This document shows positions 18,537-27,317 of a DNA stretch of 64,000 nucleotides, piece after piece. Numbering within the stretch: position 1 is the stretch's first letter; every line of letters begins with the position of its first letter. The position numbers were made by a program, and so were the translations under genes. The stretch is from a virus. The notes beneath the pieces were generated by a model that was not told where the DNA came from, did not search any database, and saw only the letters and a list, made by a program, of their open reading frames with translations. The stretch lies in the IMG/VR virus record IMGVR_UViG_3300028801_000003; one strand, 5' to 3'.

Positions 18537-18967
18537 TTACTCTCCCGTGAATCGGCGGACATGGCGTCGTCTATGTATGTCTCAAGAGCTTCGCCAATAG
18601 GCAGAACGGCGTAAGGGTTTACCCGCTTTTTACGAAGCCACCGATACCTAGCCGCATCCTTCGCCCCACCGGAATCGGCTGGAGGGTGGGTGAATAGTGT
18701 CATCGAGTACAGACCGTTGCCGGGGTAAGTTTCATCCCAAGGAATCGAACAAGACTTTCCATCCAGCGTTTCAACTTCAACGAATCGCGGGTCGTTTCCT
18801 TTACGCCAATCAACAATGAAGCGAACCGCCTTCGCATCCTCGCGGGATTTCAGGAGGGCGGCGAGTTGATATGCGGTGGCTTGTAATGCGCGCAAAGATA
18901 CTTCGCCGCCTTCGCCGTCAACCGCATCGGCTAGTTCTTCCGCTTCCTTCGACGTGTACGTTTTCAT
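18533..18967 (-). CDS. hypothetical protein, mosaic module type A
   Basis: ORF track. It shares ALLKSREDAKAV and LFTHPPADSG with 19467..19751, with identical 25-nt and 32-nt DNA blocks. Confidence 0.7.
   Translation of the reverse strand: MKTYTSKEAEELADAVDGEGGEVSLRALQATAYQLAALLKSREDAKAVRFIVDWRKGNDPRFVEVETLDGKSCSIPWDETYPGNGLYSMTLFTHPPADSGGAKDAARYRWLRKKRVNPYAVLPIGEALETYIDDAMSADSRESK
18675..18699. repeat. 25-nt exact repeat (partner at 19513-19537)
   Basis: tcggctggagggtgggtgaatagtg was read at both positions. Confidence 0.85.
18825..18856. repeat. 32-nt exact repeat (partner at 19630-19661)
   Basis: accgccttcgcatcctcgcgggatttcaggag was read at both positions. Confidence 0.85.
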
Positions 18968-19048
18968 TTAACGCATGCCCCACGCGAAGATTAAGATCAA
19001 AACTGCACATCCAAAAAACATGATGAATCCGGAAGGATTAGTTTTCAT
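18968..19048 (-). CDS. small membrane peptide (26 aa)
   Basis: Hand translation gives MKTNPSGFIMFFGCAVLILIFAWGMR. There is an ATGA overlap upstream, and its stop abuts the next ATG. Confidence 0.4.
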   Translation of the reverse strand: MKTNPSGFIMFFGCAVLILIFAWGMR

Positions 19049-19470
19049 GGCGACCTCGGGGCGGCGGCTGTGAAGTAATCAAACACAACTTTGTCGTTGT
19101 ATGTCATGCCAATGCCGCTGCGAAGGACCGCCTTCCTTCCATCTCTGCAACGAATAGCTATGCATTTATGGCCTACGTCAATCTCCCACCCATCCGGCAC
19201 GCCAGTCGATGGCTGGGAGGGTGGCTTCATAGAGCACTTCGATGCCGAATATCCAGAGCGATGCTCGCCCCAGTTCTTATGGCAAGCGGGACATTCCTTA
19301 GGCACAGCCTCACTCTCCCGGCGCTTTAGCTCAAGATCGATGGCGCATACGCATGTCAAAATCGGATATGGATTTGCTTTCCATCCTTCACGCATTACCG
19401 AAATGTATACCTCGCGCAAAACGTCGCACACCTGTTCCAGCGACACGGGATTACTCGGGGTCATGGTCAT
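19045..19470 (-). CDS. hypothetical Cys-rich protein, mosaic module type B
   Basis: ORF track. It shares PPSQPSTGVPDGW and the C-terminal AAPRS with 19842..20195, with identical 36-nt and 18-nt DNA blocks. Confidence 0.7.
   Translation of the reverse strand: MTMTPSNPVSLEQVCDVLREVYISVMREGWKANPYPILTCVCAIDLELKRRESEAVPKECPACHKNWGEHRSGYSASKCSMKPPSQPSTGVPDGWEIDVGHKCIAIRCRDGRKAVLRSGIGMTYNDKVVFDYFTAAAPRSP
19050..19067. repeat. 18-nt exact repeat (partner at 19847-19864)
   Basis: gcgacctcggggcggcgg was read at both positions. It covers the C-terminal AAPRS codons. Confidence 0.8.
19189..19224. repeat. 36-nt exact repeat (partner at 20031-20066)
   Basis: cccatccggcacgccagtcgatggctgggagggtgg was read at both positions. 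Confidence 0.85.
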
Positions 19471-19751
19471 GCGACTTGCTCCTGATCGACATCATTAATG
19501 ACTTCACCGGACTCGGCTGGAGGGTGGGTGAATAGTGGGACTTGCATGTTTGTGGCACAGCACATAGTTTCGTAACCATGTGGTGTTGGCACTATCCCGA
19601 TGTACTCGATTCCACAGTCCGCTATCGCCACCGCCTTCGCATCCTCGCGGGATTTCAGGAGAGCGGCGTATTCACGCAGGAAAACGGGTGTTATTTGATC
19701 GCCACATGACTCTAGAAAGTCTGCATGACGTTCTACATCAACCCTTTTCAT
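19467..19751 (-). CDS. hypothetical protein, mosaic module type A'
   Basis: This is the internal ATG (MKRVDVERHADF...) of track ORF 19467..19829, preceded by GAGGT plus 6 nt. Confidence 0.6.
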   Translation of the reverse strand: MKRVDVERHADFLESCGDQITPVFLREYAALLKSREDAKAVAIADCGIEYIGIVPTPHGYETMCCATNMQVPLFTHPPAESGEVINDVDQEQVA

Positions 19752-19841
19752 ACCAATACCTCGCCATGATCTTTGCAAATTGATACGCATCCTCGGCTTG
19801 CTTACGCATGGCCCTATTAAATAATTCACTCGACGTGTAGT

Positions 19842-20195
19842 TCATAGCGACCTCGGGGCGGCGGATTTAATAGCTTGCTTGAGCGCCTTACCTGTCGCAT
19901 CGAGATGACGAAAGGCACGGTTCGCATCAGGATCGACAATCGCGTTTCTCTCGTTGTAAGGCTTCGACTCTCCACGGAGGGCAAATATGTCATTGACGGC
20001 ACCGAGATACAGTGATGCAGCCAGGATCAACCCATCCGGCACGCCAGTCGATGGCTGGGAGGGTGGGGATGTGTAGAGTGGAACCATTACTGGATTGAGC
20101 TGGACGTAAGATACTTCCATAGCAAGTGCGCGCTTATCTTCCAAGTAGATCGGGTGCACATACCCGACCGGCTTCTCGTTTGTGTAGTTGGTCAC
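19842..20195 (-). CDS. hypothetical protein, mosaic module type B'
   Basis: ORF track. ATGA overlap with the primase-helicase stop. Confidence 0.7.
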   Translation of the reverse strand: MTNYTNEKPVGYVHPIYLEDKRALAMEVSYVQLNPVMVPLYTSPPSQPSTGVPDGLILAASLYLGAVNDIFALRGESKPYNERNAIVDPDANRAFRHLDATGKALKQAIKSAAPRSL

Positions 20196-22639
20196 TTGAT
20201 CGCCCTCACGTTATCGGCTGGCATCTTGACGCCGAGCAGATCGGCGTACATCGTCTGCGCGGCTTCGGACACTTTCCACGCCGGTGCCTTCGTACCACGT
20301 ACCGTTTTATCGTGGCGTTTGTCGAACACGGGTTGATTACTGAGCAGGTTATATCGCTGGAAGATTTGACGTTGCGACGCTTTGGTCTCCGGGAAAATCT
20401 TATCGCTGATCGCGATCATGCGGAACAGGACGTACAGGTCTTCATGGCGCAATGCGGTCAGCGAGCCGTTCATCATCCCGCGAATCAGATCGTCGTATTC
20501 GCGCGATGGCAGCATCTTGCCGGCGAAATCGGTCTGCAGCTGGATGGTCGACGGGCGTACCTCCAGGAAATACTCCACATCGCCTTCGTCGATAGCGCGT
20601 GCGGCGCGATCCAGCAGATTATGCGTCGCCTCATACACACGTGTCTTGGTCTCGCCGACGTATGGTGTGTTTAGTCGGTTGTTATCGACCTGAATTTCGC
20701 CCAGGAACTGAGCGAAGGCTGCCATTTCCAGACCCTCCGTCACTGTCGCCAGTTCGTTGGGCGAGACCAGCAGTCGTTTCTCCTGGAACTCGCCGAAGTT
20801 GAACCGGCGATCGTGCGCCTCGATGACGACCGGGCGCGATTTGCTGTTCGAGCACACGATGAAGTTCGCACTGTTGGTCGCTTCGCGTCCGGCTTTATGC
20901 ATACCGCGGATCACGATCTGGGGCTCGGTGATCCAGTCGCGCAGTTTGCTCATCACGTTGGAGGCGTCGATCGATTTGCTCATCGCCGCTTCGTTCAAGC
21001 TGACAATCAGCTTACCTTCCAGGAACTCGTTGAACTTGTCGTTCACGTGTTCGTACAGTTGCTGCGTCACGGCGTCGTTACCAAACAGGTGCCGGCAAAT
21101 GTAGTTGGTCAAGAACCCTTTACCAGTACCTTCGATGCCAGACACGACCCAGGCGGTGTTTGATTTCTCCCGACGCTGAAATACCGCGGCAATCCAGTTG
21201 AGGAAATAGGTCATTGCGGTCGAGTCGTTCCCCAGTACGCTGTCCAACACACGGTAGGTGACCGGTGCGATGCCTTTGAGATGCTCTTCCAGCTGACCAT
21301 TGACCTGACGTGTACGCGGGATATCGGCGAACTGTTTCACCAGATCGGTCTGGCGATACAGGTTGATCATGGGGTAGCCGTCTTCGAAACGAAGTGCAGA
21401 AGTCATATTGAACACCAGATCGTAATGCGGGAAATTAGGAGCGCGTGGCACGCCGTAGCTGGCCAGCCACGAGTTAGCCGCATCCTTACTCGTCATGTCA
21501 ATACGCAGCTGATCGTTGGCACGGTCGTAGGACCCCACATACAGCTGTGATCCGCGGTTGGTCGCGTAAAACGCCAGTGGTTCGATTGCACAGGACTGCA
21601 TCGCTTTTAGCGGTACGTTTTTCGACGTCTTGATCAGCGCCTTATACAGGTCCGGTGCGACGGATTCGGTGACCAGGAACGGCTCGCCTTTATGGTTCCC
21701 AATCAGGTTGGGGTCTTTCAGGTTGATGTAATATGCCAGCGAATTACCACCGTTGAGGTTGAACCGAATGTATCCTTCGCCCGATGGCTTGATGTCGTGC
21801 ACGACGGCCGGTTCAGCATCGATAAGCATCTCGATGCCCTTATGGGTGCGTGTCGTGTACGGGCGCGCCGGCATGCCTACCGCTTCGCGCAGTTCGGTGA
21901 TCTGTGCATGCAGATCGGCGGCCGGTACACGCTTGAAAGGCGTGATCGTTATGGCGCGTCGTGCGCCGTCGTTGAGAGCAAGAGCTCCTGAGACCGGCGG
22001 GACGAAACCGAAGCAGCGCGGTGGGGCGATATAGATGAGGCGCGAGGGGACACAGACGGATCGATCCAGCGGGAAATGCAGTGCAATGCACGAATCAGAA
22101 AGTTTGATCTGCTTTTTGAGGTGTTCGTTGGTGAAATTAAGATGGGTAATCCAGTCCGTGAGTTCTGCCGTAGTGGCGGGTTTGTCCAGAAGCATGAAAA
22201 TATGGCAGCTGAGCTGGGTGGCGTCGGGGCGAAAGCACGAGCCTGATAGCTGAATAATGGCGTCCACATCCTGGCATTCGGGAGGAAGGTAGCGGGCAAT
22301 GGCGACCAATGCGCCTTCGACAGTGGGAGCGCAGTCCACTTTATCGAAATCGAAGACGACCCAGGAACTGGGAGCGTCGAGCCACGCACCAGCACGAGAT
22401 TCGTTGGCCAGTGGTCGGCTGAGATTCCCTTTAAGGAGGGCGCGGCCTTGCGCTCCATGATCGCCCAGGGCGAAGAAAAAGTCAGTGATGTTATCAACGG
22501 ACTCGACATGGGAGGTTACCTTCTGTACCAGCGGATAGGACGTGGTGTGGTAGGACTGTTCGCGGTTGTTGTACGTGATGGTCTTCGTCAGAGGGACAGG
22601 ACCGGAAAGGAACGTCAAATCCATGAAGGAAGTGTCCAC
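20192..22639 (-). CDS. bifunctional AEP primase-polymerase / SF3 (D5-like) helicase
   Basis: The motifs seen are WVVFDFDKVD (DxD), SCHIFMLLD (sxH), Walker A VSGIEGTGKGF, Walker B-like LIVSLNEA and motif C FIVCSN. Confidence 0.85.
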   Translation of the reverse strand: MDTSFMDLTFLSGPVPLTKTITYNNREQSYHTTSYPLVQKVTSHVESVDNITDFFFALGDHGAQGRALLKGNLSRPLANESRAGAWLDAPSSWVVFDFDKVDCAPTVEGALVAIARYLPPECQDVDAIIQLSGSCFRPDATQLSCHIFMLLDKPATTAELTDWITHLNFTNEHLKKQIKLSDSCIALHFPLDRSVCVPSRLIYIAPPRCFGFVPPVSGALALNDGARRAITITPFKRVPAADLHAQITELREAVGMPARPYTTRTHKGIEMLIDAEPAVVHDIKPSGEGYIRFNLNGGNSLAYYINLKDPNLIGNHKGEPFLVTESVAPDLYKALIKTSKNVPLKAMQSCAIEPLAFYATNRGSQLYVGSYDRANDQLRIDMTSKDAANSWLASYGVPRAPNFPHYDLVFNMTSALRFEDGYPMINLYRQTDLVKQFADIPRTRQVNGQLEEHLKGIAPVTYRVLDSVLGNDSTAMTYFLNWIAAVFQRREKSNTAWVVSGIEGTGKGFLTNYICRHLFGNDAVTQQLYEHVNDKFNEFLEGKLIVSLNEAAMSKSIDASNVMSKLRDWITEPQIVIRGMHKAGREATNSANFIVCSNSKSRPVVIEAHDRRFNFGEFQEKRLLVSPNELATVTEGLEMAAFAQFLGEIQVDNNRLNTPYVGETKTRVYEATHNLLDRAARAIDEGDVEYFLEVRPSTIQLQTDFAGKMLPSREYDDLIRGMMNGSLTALRHEDLYVLFRMIAISDKIFPETKASQRQIFQRYNLLSNQPVFDKRHDKTVRGTKAPAWKVSEAAQTMYADLLGVKMPADNVRAIK

Positions 22640-22708
22640 TGAGGGGTGAAGAGCGGGTGATCAGTCTACGCTCAACGCCGCAATGCGCGCCAGCCCCACA
22701 GGTTGTGT

Positions 22709-22891
22709 CTACGAAGAGCTTCGTTCACTACGCGCATGTTCATCGATCGCTGATCGGATCGCGTCGAGGCGCTCCAGTAACTGCACGCGGAGCTGCACCA
22801 GCACGTGGATTTCCTTCGCCATCTGACCGCTGATGGCTTTTCCTTTGGCATAGAGCTTGTGTAACTCGGGCAAGTCGGTGGGTAAGGTCAT
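22709..22891 (-). CDS. hypothetical helical protein (60 aa)
   Basis: ORF track. Confidence 0.5.
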   Translation of the reverse strand: MTLPTDLPELHKLYAKGKAISGQMAKEIHVLVQLRVQLLERLDAIRSAIDEHARSERSSS

Positions 22892-22900
22892 GGGTGATGC

Positions 22901-23098
22901 TCATTCAGGTGGGGCGCACTGGATGGAAACTATCTGCGGTGGGTCGTTAATGCTAAACGGCCTGTCGTACCAAGCCACCGCTTTCAGATGCATATCGTTG
23001 CACTGTTTCGTCGCTTCGGTGATCTGCGCATTGGTTAGTGGCGGATGATCCATCGCGCAGCCCTGCAGCAGGAACAGGATCATGAGAAAGGGTTTCAT
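22901..23098 (-). CDS. lipoprotein (65 aa)
   Basis: This is the internal ATG of track ORF 22901..23182. It has the signal MKPFLMILFLLQGC with an LLQGC lipobox. Confidence 0.65.
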   Translation of the reverse strand: MKPFLMILFLLQGCAMDHPPLTNAQITEATKQCNDMHLKAVAWYDRPFSINDPPQIVSIQCAPPE

Positions 23099-23212
23099 GA
23101 TGTTTTTTCCAGTCGCGGCGCTTTGGTGAGTCCTGACAAGATGGTTATCAAGTGTGATATAGGTAATCTGTGGCCAATGCATCAGGTGTTCTCCATGGAT
23201 TCGGCAGTGAGG

Positions 23213-23710
23213 TTAGTACGGCGTGTTGGCTTTGACGCAGGAGTCGTGCTCGTAGCCATCAGCAACGCATGCGTCGATCGCCGCCTGTTGCAGCTGGTAG
23301 CGCCCTTGCGCTGTCGTGATGCCGTATGCTTGCGCCAGCCGGCCATGGGCATCGACGCGGCGTAGCAGCTGACAGTTGGTGTCGGCGACACCCTTACCGG
23401 CGCTAACGCCAAAGCCCGGGCCAGAGACACCCACCTGCGCAGTGTTCATGCAGTTGTCCGAACTGAAACCTGCGGCGTAACCGCCGCTGATAACGGCGGG
23501 CGCTTCGCGGTCCAGACCGGAATAGTGCACGCTCTGGGACGTAGGAATCGGTGCCTGGTTCGAGATGATATTGAGGTTGGTGTTCTGCGCGTTGCCTTGA
23601 TTGGCCTTCACGTCGCTGGATGAACCCGATGATGCACCTGATTGGCTGGTGCTCTGCGCGAAGCAGGGAGCGACGACGAACAACGCGATAAGTACGAGTA
23701 GCTTTTTCAT
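23213..23710 (-). CDS. secreted protein (165 aa) with signal peptide and 4 mature-region Cys
   Basis: This is the internal ATG of track ORF 23213..23746. It has the signal MKKLLVLIALFVVAPCFAQ. Confidence 0.7.
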   Translation of the reverse strand: MKKLLVLIALFVVAPCFAQSTSQSGASSGSSSDVKANQGNAQNTNLNIISNQAPIPTSQSVHYSGLDREAPAVISGGYAAGFSSDNCMNTAQVGVSGPGFGVSAGKGVADTNCQLLRRVDAHGRLAQAYGITTAQGRYQLQQAAIDACVADGYEHDSCVKANTPY

Positions 23711-23744
23711 GATGTGTTCCCCGTGAATTGGTTGATGGTTCACC

Positions 23745-23772
23745 AAAAAACCCCCTGGCTTTCGCCAGAGGG
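23745..23772 (-). terminator. rho-independent terminator (minus strand)
   Basis: On the minus strand the sequence reads CCCTCTGGC GAAA GCCAGGGGG followed by TTTTTT. Confidence 0.8.
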
Positions 23773-23797
23773 TTCGTTGTCACGCATGAACCAGAAC

Positions 23798-24187
23798 TTA
23801 GAAATTGAAGCCGGCGAAACCGCCAAACGTTGCCCCTGCCGCACCGGCTGCGGCATTACTCGCAGCCGAACCACTGGCATTGCCCTTGGCCTTACCGCTG
23901 GACTTGCCGTTGACCGTGTTGCTGGAGCTCGTGGCCGAACCGGTGGTCACGGTGACGCCGCTCTTGCCCGTCTTGGTGCTGACACCTGCCGAACCTTCGG
24001 TCGTATTGCTGTCGCTGTCGGTGGCCTTACCGGTATCGTTGACACTGCCACCGGCCGAGCTCGATGCACCGGACTGCGAAACAGCGATGCCACCGGCGAT
24101 TGAACCACCAGCCGATGCGCCATTGTTGTGTGCGAACGCGGTACCACATGCCAGGCACAAGACCAAAGCGATGAACATGTTCTTCAT
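23798..24187 (-). CDS. secreted Gly/Ser/Thr/Ala-rich low-complexity protein (129 aa)
   Basis: This is the internal ATG of track ORF 23798..24286. It has the signal MKNMFIALVLCLACGTAFA and the C-terminus FGGFAGFNF. It has its own terminator downstream and an ~300-nt non-coding region upstream. Confidence 0.7.
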   Translation of the reverse strand: MKNMFIALVLCLACGTAFAHNNGASAGGSIAGGIAVSQSGASSSAGGSVNDTGKATDSDSNTTEGSAGVSTKTGKSGVTVTTGSATSSSNTVNGKSSGKAKGNASGSAASNAAAGAAGATFGGFAGFNF

Positions 24188-24503
24188 GAGTTTTCCCTCT
24201 GAGGTTTGGGTGCGGAGAAAGAACAGTCGGTGTCCACCCATACCATCGACTGTGTTAGTGAAAAATGTCGGCTCCGACATGCACATCGGTTTCTATCGTT
24301 CGCCTGCCGACCTGCGAACTTGCGCCTTCGGAGCGCAAAACTGAGGCCCTATCGCCGGGAGGGCCATCCCGTGGAATGTATTCGGCAAACTCCCACTCAC
24401 CGGAGGAGCGACTCACCGACTGTCTGCATGTGTTTCGAGATCGACATATAGTCCGAGTTACTCTACGCACATCGATGCAAAAAGTGGCTGCCTTATTCAC
24501 GCG

Positions 24504-24686
24504 TTACTCCTCCGTTGCCCGCAGGAGCGAAATTTCAACAATGGGCCAGTTATGGTCTGTGTACCAACGGTATGTCTCCATTTTCTTGCGTACTTCAGAA
24601 ACATCACGTGATAAAGTGTCCAGTAACATTTGTGCAGATAAACCAGTAGTCGGTGCACTTCGGTAAACCAGTGCGTAGTAGCTCAT
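24504..24686 (-). CDS. small paralog array member 17 (divergent)
   Basis: ORF track. ATGA overlap with member 16. The C-terminus is NWPIVEISLLRATEE. Confidence 0.55.
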   Translation of the reverse strand: MSYYALVYRSAPTTGLSAQMLLDTLSRDVSEVRKKMETYRWYTDHNWPIVEISLLRATEE

Positions 24687-24895
24687 GACACGCGTTCTGC
24701 CGTGAGCTGCACGACATCCCAGCCATAACTACGCGCTACCTGCCACGTGCTATGGGGGTTACGCGGAAGACAGAGATTACGGCTCTCTTCCTGCGTGCGT
24801 GCGATGGTATCAACGATAATACGCACGAAGTGCACATCGCTCGCTGAGACGTTGGTTGTGCCACATACGTGCAAGGCCCAGATCAGTGTCTTCAT
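24683..24895 (-). CDS. small paralog array member 16
   Basis: The internal ATG (MKTLIWALHV...) overlaps the upstream TGA. It shows the motifs TIARTQEES and WDVVQLTAERVS. Confidence 0.6.
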   Translation of the reverse strand: MKTLIWALHVCGTTNVSASDVHFVRIIVDTIARTQEESRNLCLPRNPHSTWQVARSYGWDVVQLTAERVS

Positions 24896-25089
24896 GATAC
24901 GCGCTCCAACTTGAAGCAACGTGGTGTGTAGTCTGCCACACTGTGATCGGTTTCGATGCGCGCGATGGCGATGCATTGCTCTGCCGTGCGACTGAATGTT
25001 GCGCGACAGATTCGATCGCCCAGATGCGCGATGACGTCGTTATTGTCATTGATGCTGTATGCGTCGTTGTAGATCATCCAGAAGTGCAT
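24892..25089 (-). CDS. small paralog array member 15
   Basis: This is the internal ATG (MHFWMIYNDAY...) preceded by AGGAGG. It shows the motifs TFSRTAEQC and YTPRCFKLERVS. Confidence 0.65.
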   Translation of the reverse strand: MHFWMIYNDAYSINDNNDVIAHLGDRICRATFSRTAEQCIAIARIETDHSVADYTPRCFKLERVS

Positions 25090-25099
25090 GGATCGCCTC

Positions 25100-25735
25100 C
25101 TAAACAATGATCCCGTTGATATGTCGTAATAGATAACGAGGAAACAGCGCTGCCACAGTCGTTGATGGCGTACGACGTTGCTCCAGGTTCCACAAACGAA
25201 GATCGAAGGTCGGCGAAATACGTACGCGGTGATGTCCAAGGTCCTGATCGATCCACGCCTTGATCTCGACACCGGTTTTTGTACCGATGTCATTGGCCGT
25301 GCATGTCAGGATGGAGTGCATTTTGTCGTTCGCTTCGAAGAACGTGACTTCGTAGAGCGTCGTTTGGCTAACCATTTGCGGCGCAGTCGGATAGCCTCTA
25401 ACAGGAAATTTGGGTAGACCGGTGGTGACCTGGACACGTCGAGCTTCAGGGAGCGGCGCAGGCGTGCGATCTCCACTTTCAGTTCGTTCGAGTCCATCGT
25501 CATATAGGTCTGGAGCCAGTTGGTATCGCTCAAACGTACGGTCAATGGCATCAGCAATCGCCTTCATAACACCTGCGTAGAGGGCATAGCCTATCAGGAA
25601 CAGGATGATGGACGCGGCGAGCTCCTTGGCGCTGATCAGCGGCAGGAGCAGGGCGAAGAGCACTGTCGCCAAGAGGAACGCACATAGTACCAAGAGCGCG
25701 GAAGGGAGGAACGGTCGCAGCCAGCCCAGTTTCAT
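25100..25735 (-). CDS. membrane protein (211 aa, two N-terminal TM segments)
   Basis: ORF track. It contains LLVLCAFLLATVLFALLLPLI and IILFLIGYALYAGV. ATGA overlap upstream. Confidence 0.7.
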   Translation of the reverse strand: MKLGWLRPFLPSALLVLCAFLLATVLFALLLPLISAKELAASIILFLIGYALYAGVMKAIADAIDRTFERYQLAPDLYDDGLERTESGDRTPAPLPEARRVQVTTGLPKFPVRGYPTAPQMVSQTTLYEVTFFEANDKMHSILTCTANDIGTKTGVEIKAWIDQDLGHHRVRISPTFDLRLWNLEQRRTPSTTVAALFPRYLLRHINGIIV

Positions 25736-26151
25736 GTCGTTACTCCCAGCTTGATGCGTTTCTTCGTGCCGGTCGTCTTTGGCCCAAAGTGCTCACACAT
25801 ATACATGCGCGTAATCAGCTCGGGCATCTCGTCCTCGACGACGCGGGCCTGCATCATACGCTCATCCTGAATCGCGTCATAGGCGCCTTCGGTTGCCCCG
25901 GTTATCCAGTCCGCGCCGATACGCAGCCCGGAGAGCAGTGCTTCGCGCAGGATATCGGCTGAGGTATCCGTTACGACGGCGCCCTTTGTGCGTTCAGCGT
26001 TGTCTTCGAACCTCGCACAAAGATCGAGGAGGGCATTAACCAGGTGCTTGTCCTCGATGCGCGACAGCGGTTTATTCAGAAGAATGCGTTCAGCTGCGCT
26101 GGTGAGCAGGATCACCAGCATCGAGGGTGGGGGGTTACGGACGCGGCTCAT
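25732..26151 (-). CDS. hypothetical protein (139 aa)
   Basis: ORF track. TAATG overlap upstream. Confidence 0.65.
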   Translation of the reverse strand: MSRVRNPPPSMLVILLTSAAERILLNKPLSRIEDKHLVNALLDLCARFEDNAERTKGAVVTDTSADILREALLSGLRIGADWITGATEGAYDAIQDERMMQARVVEDEMPELITRMYMCEHFGPKTTGTKKRIKLGVTT

Positions 26152-26375
26152 TACGAGGCCAACGGCTTGACGAGGTACTTGTGCACGACACAGCCGCGCT
26201 CGGTCAGATCGCGTTTGATCTTCTGCGCATCCTGCGTGATGCCCGTAGCGCGCTGGCGATTGCTCGCAAGCATCGTCCAGCAGTCTTCCGGGTCTTTACC
26301 CGCCGACGCCAGGAGTGGTTCGCCTTCCTTACCCTTGAGGTCCGGCTCGGCAACGAAATACAGATACATGGCCAT
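26151..26375 (-). CDS. hypothetical protein (74 aa)
   Basis: The internal ATG (MAMYLYFVAEPD...) is preceded by AAGGAG plus 7 nt. Confidence 0.6.
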   Translation of the reverse strand: MAMYLYFVAEPDLKGKEGEPLLASAGKDPEDCWTMLASNRQRATGITQDAQKIKRDLTERGCVVHKYLVKPLAS

Positions 26376-26624
26376 GAATTGTCTCCTTCGTGTAAATCGA
26401 AAAAAGTTGTGAACGGGAATGGTGAAACGTGTGACGCGCGTCGCACTAAGTGTTTGGATCGTGTACAACGCATACCAGTCATGGCGCCATGTTTGGCATT
26501 TGTCGCGGATAAGATGTTTATTACCTTCGCGTTCTATGCTGTAGAACGTTTTTATGATCAACGATAGTCTGCCGTCACCCCAACTATCGTCGTGGCATAC
26601 GGCGCAGAACGGCCAGCTCTTCAT
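26151..26624 (-). CDS. small paralog array member 14, without its own stop codon; reads in frame into the 74-aa ORF
   Basis: The ATG at 26624 overlaps the TGA of member 13 (ATGA). The family-like end WRHDWYALYTIQTLSATRVT is followed by 18 in-frame codons spanning the RBS of the next gene. Confidence 0.45.
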   Translation of the reverse strand: MKSWPFCAVCHDDSWGDGRLSLIIKTFYSIEREGNKHLIRDKCQTWRHDWYALYTIQTLSATRVTRFTIPVHNFFRFTRRRQFMAMYLYFVAEPDLKGKEGEPLLASAGKDPEDCWTMLASNRQRATGITQDAQKIKRDLTERGCVVHKYLVKPLAS

Positions 26625-26848
26625 ACGCGCCTCAATTCGCAGGGTTGGACTATGCGATTGCGCTCGTTGTTGCCCTTGGGTGTTCTTGGGTCTGTCAAGT
26701 ACAGTTCCCGCGTGCTGGCTCGATCTGTGCTGATCGCGGCGCGAATATGCGGGCACAGGTTGAGCCACTGCTGTGTTAATTCGTACTTACTTAGGTGATA
26801 CTCAGTAGCGTAATCGGGGTACTGTTTCGAAACGATGTAAATGATCAC
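26621..26848 (-). CDS. small paralog array member 13
   Basis: ORF track. The GTG start (MIIYIVSK) is preceded by AAGGAGG. The C-terminus is VQPCELRRV. Confidence 0.6.
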   Translation of the reverse strand: MIIYIVSKQYPDYATEYHLSKYELTQQWLNLCPHIRAAISTDRASTRELYLTDPRTPKGNNERNRIVQPCELRRV

Positions 26849-27129
26849 GGTACCCTCCTTACTGCGGTCCGTGTCGGTCGCCAGATACGCCTATTCCCAT
26901 ACTGATAAATCTCATCAGTTTGAGATAACTGACACAATTCGGCGGTGCGTGCTATGCAGCACATAACAATCTCGTCGTAGAGGTACAGGTACTGTAGATC
27001 ACTATCGTTGTACATCGTGCTTACATTTATATCCCATGGCATATACACGATACGCGCGATACATTGTTTCTTTACAGGCCGCTGCGCACATAGTGCGTCG
27101 AGATTCGATCGAGGAATGAAACGGTTCAT
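26845..27129 (-). CDS. small paralog array member 12 (N-terminally extended)
   Basis: The internal ATG overlaps the upstream TGA. It shows the motifs IVYMPWDINV, CIARTAELC and WRPTRTAVRRVP. Confidence 0.6.
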   Translation of the reverse strand: MNRFIPRSNLDALCAQRPVKKQCIARIVYMPWDINVSTMYNDSDLQYLYLYDEIVMCCIARTAELCQLSQTDEIYQYGNRRIWRPTRTAVRRVP

Positions 27130-27317
27130 GACACACGACTCAGTTCGACGCGATACGGATGCCATCGATTATTACGTTCCATGTGACTGATCGTTTCTGC
27201 GGTCAGTTCTTCATAGTGAGAGAATGAGTTCCTTACCCATGCGTGGTTGAGCCATATCTGTGTGTGTTCGTGTTTATAGCCAGTCAGGAAAGCCATGTGC
27301 CATTTCATGTAGATCAT
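27126..27317 (-). CDS. small paralog array member 11
   Basis: The internal ATG overlaps the upstream TGA. The protein reads MIYMKWHMAFLTG ... SFSH ... WHPYRVELSRVS. Confidence 0.7.
   Translation of the reverse strand: MIYMKWHMAFLTGYKHEHTQIWLNHAWVRNSFSHYEELTAETISHMERNNRWHPYRVELSRVS

Noticed and set aside
23805-24344. 179-aa plus-strand Pro/Ala/Leu-rich ORF
   Set aside because: It is the complement of the Gly/Ser-rich secreted-protein gene. The minus-strand gene has a signal peptide, an RBS and a terminator.
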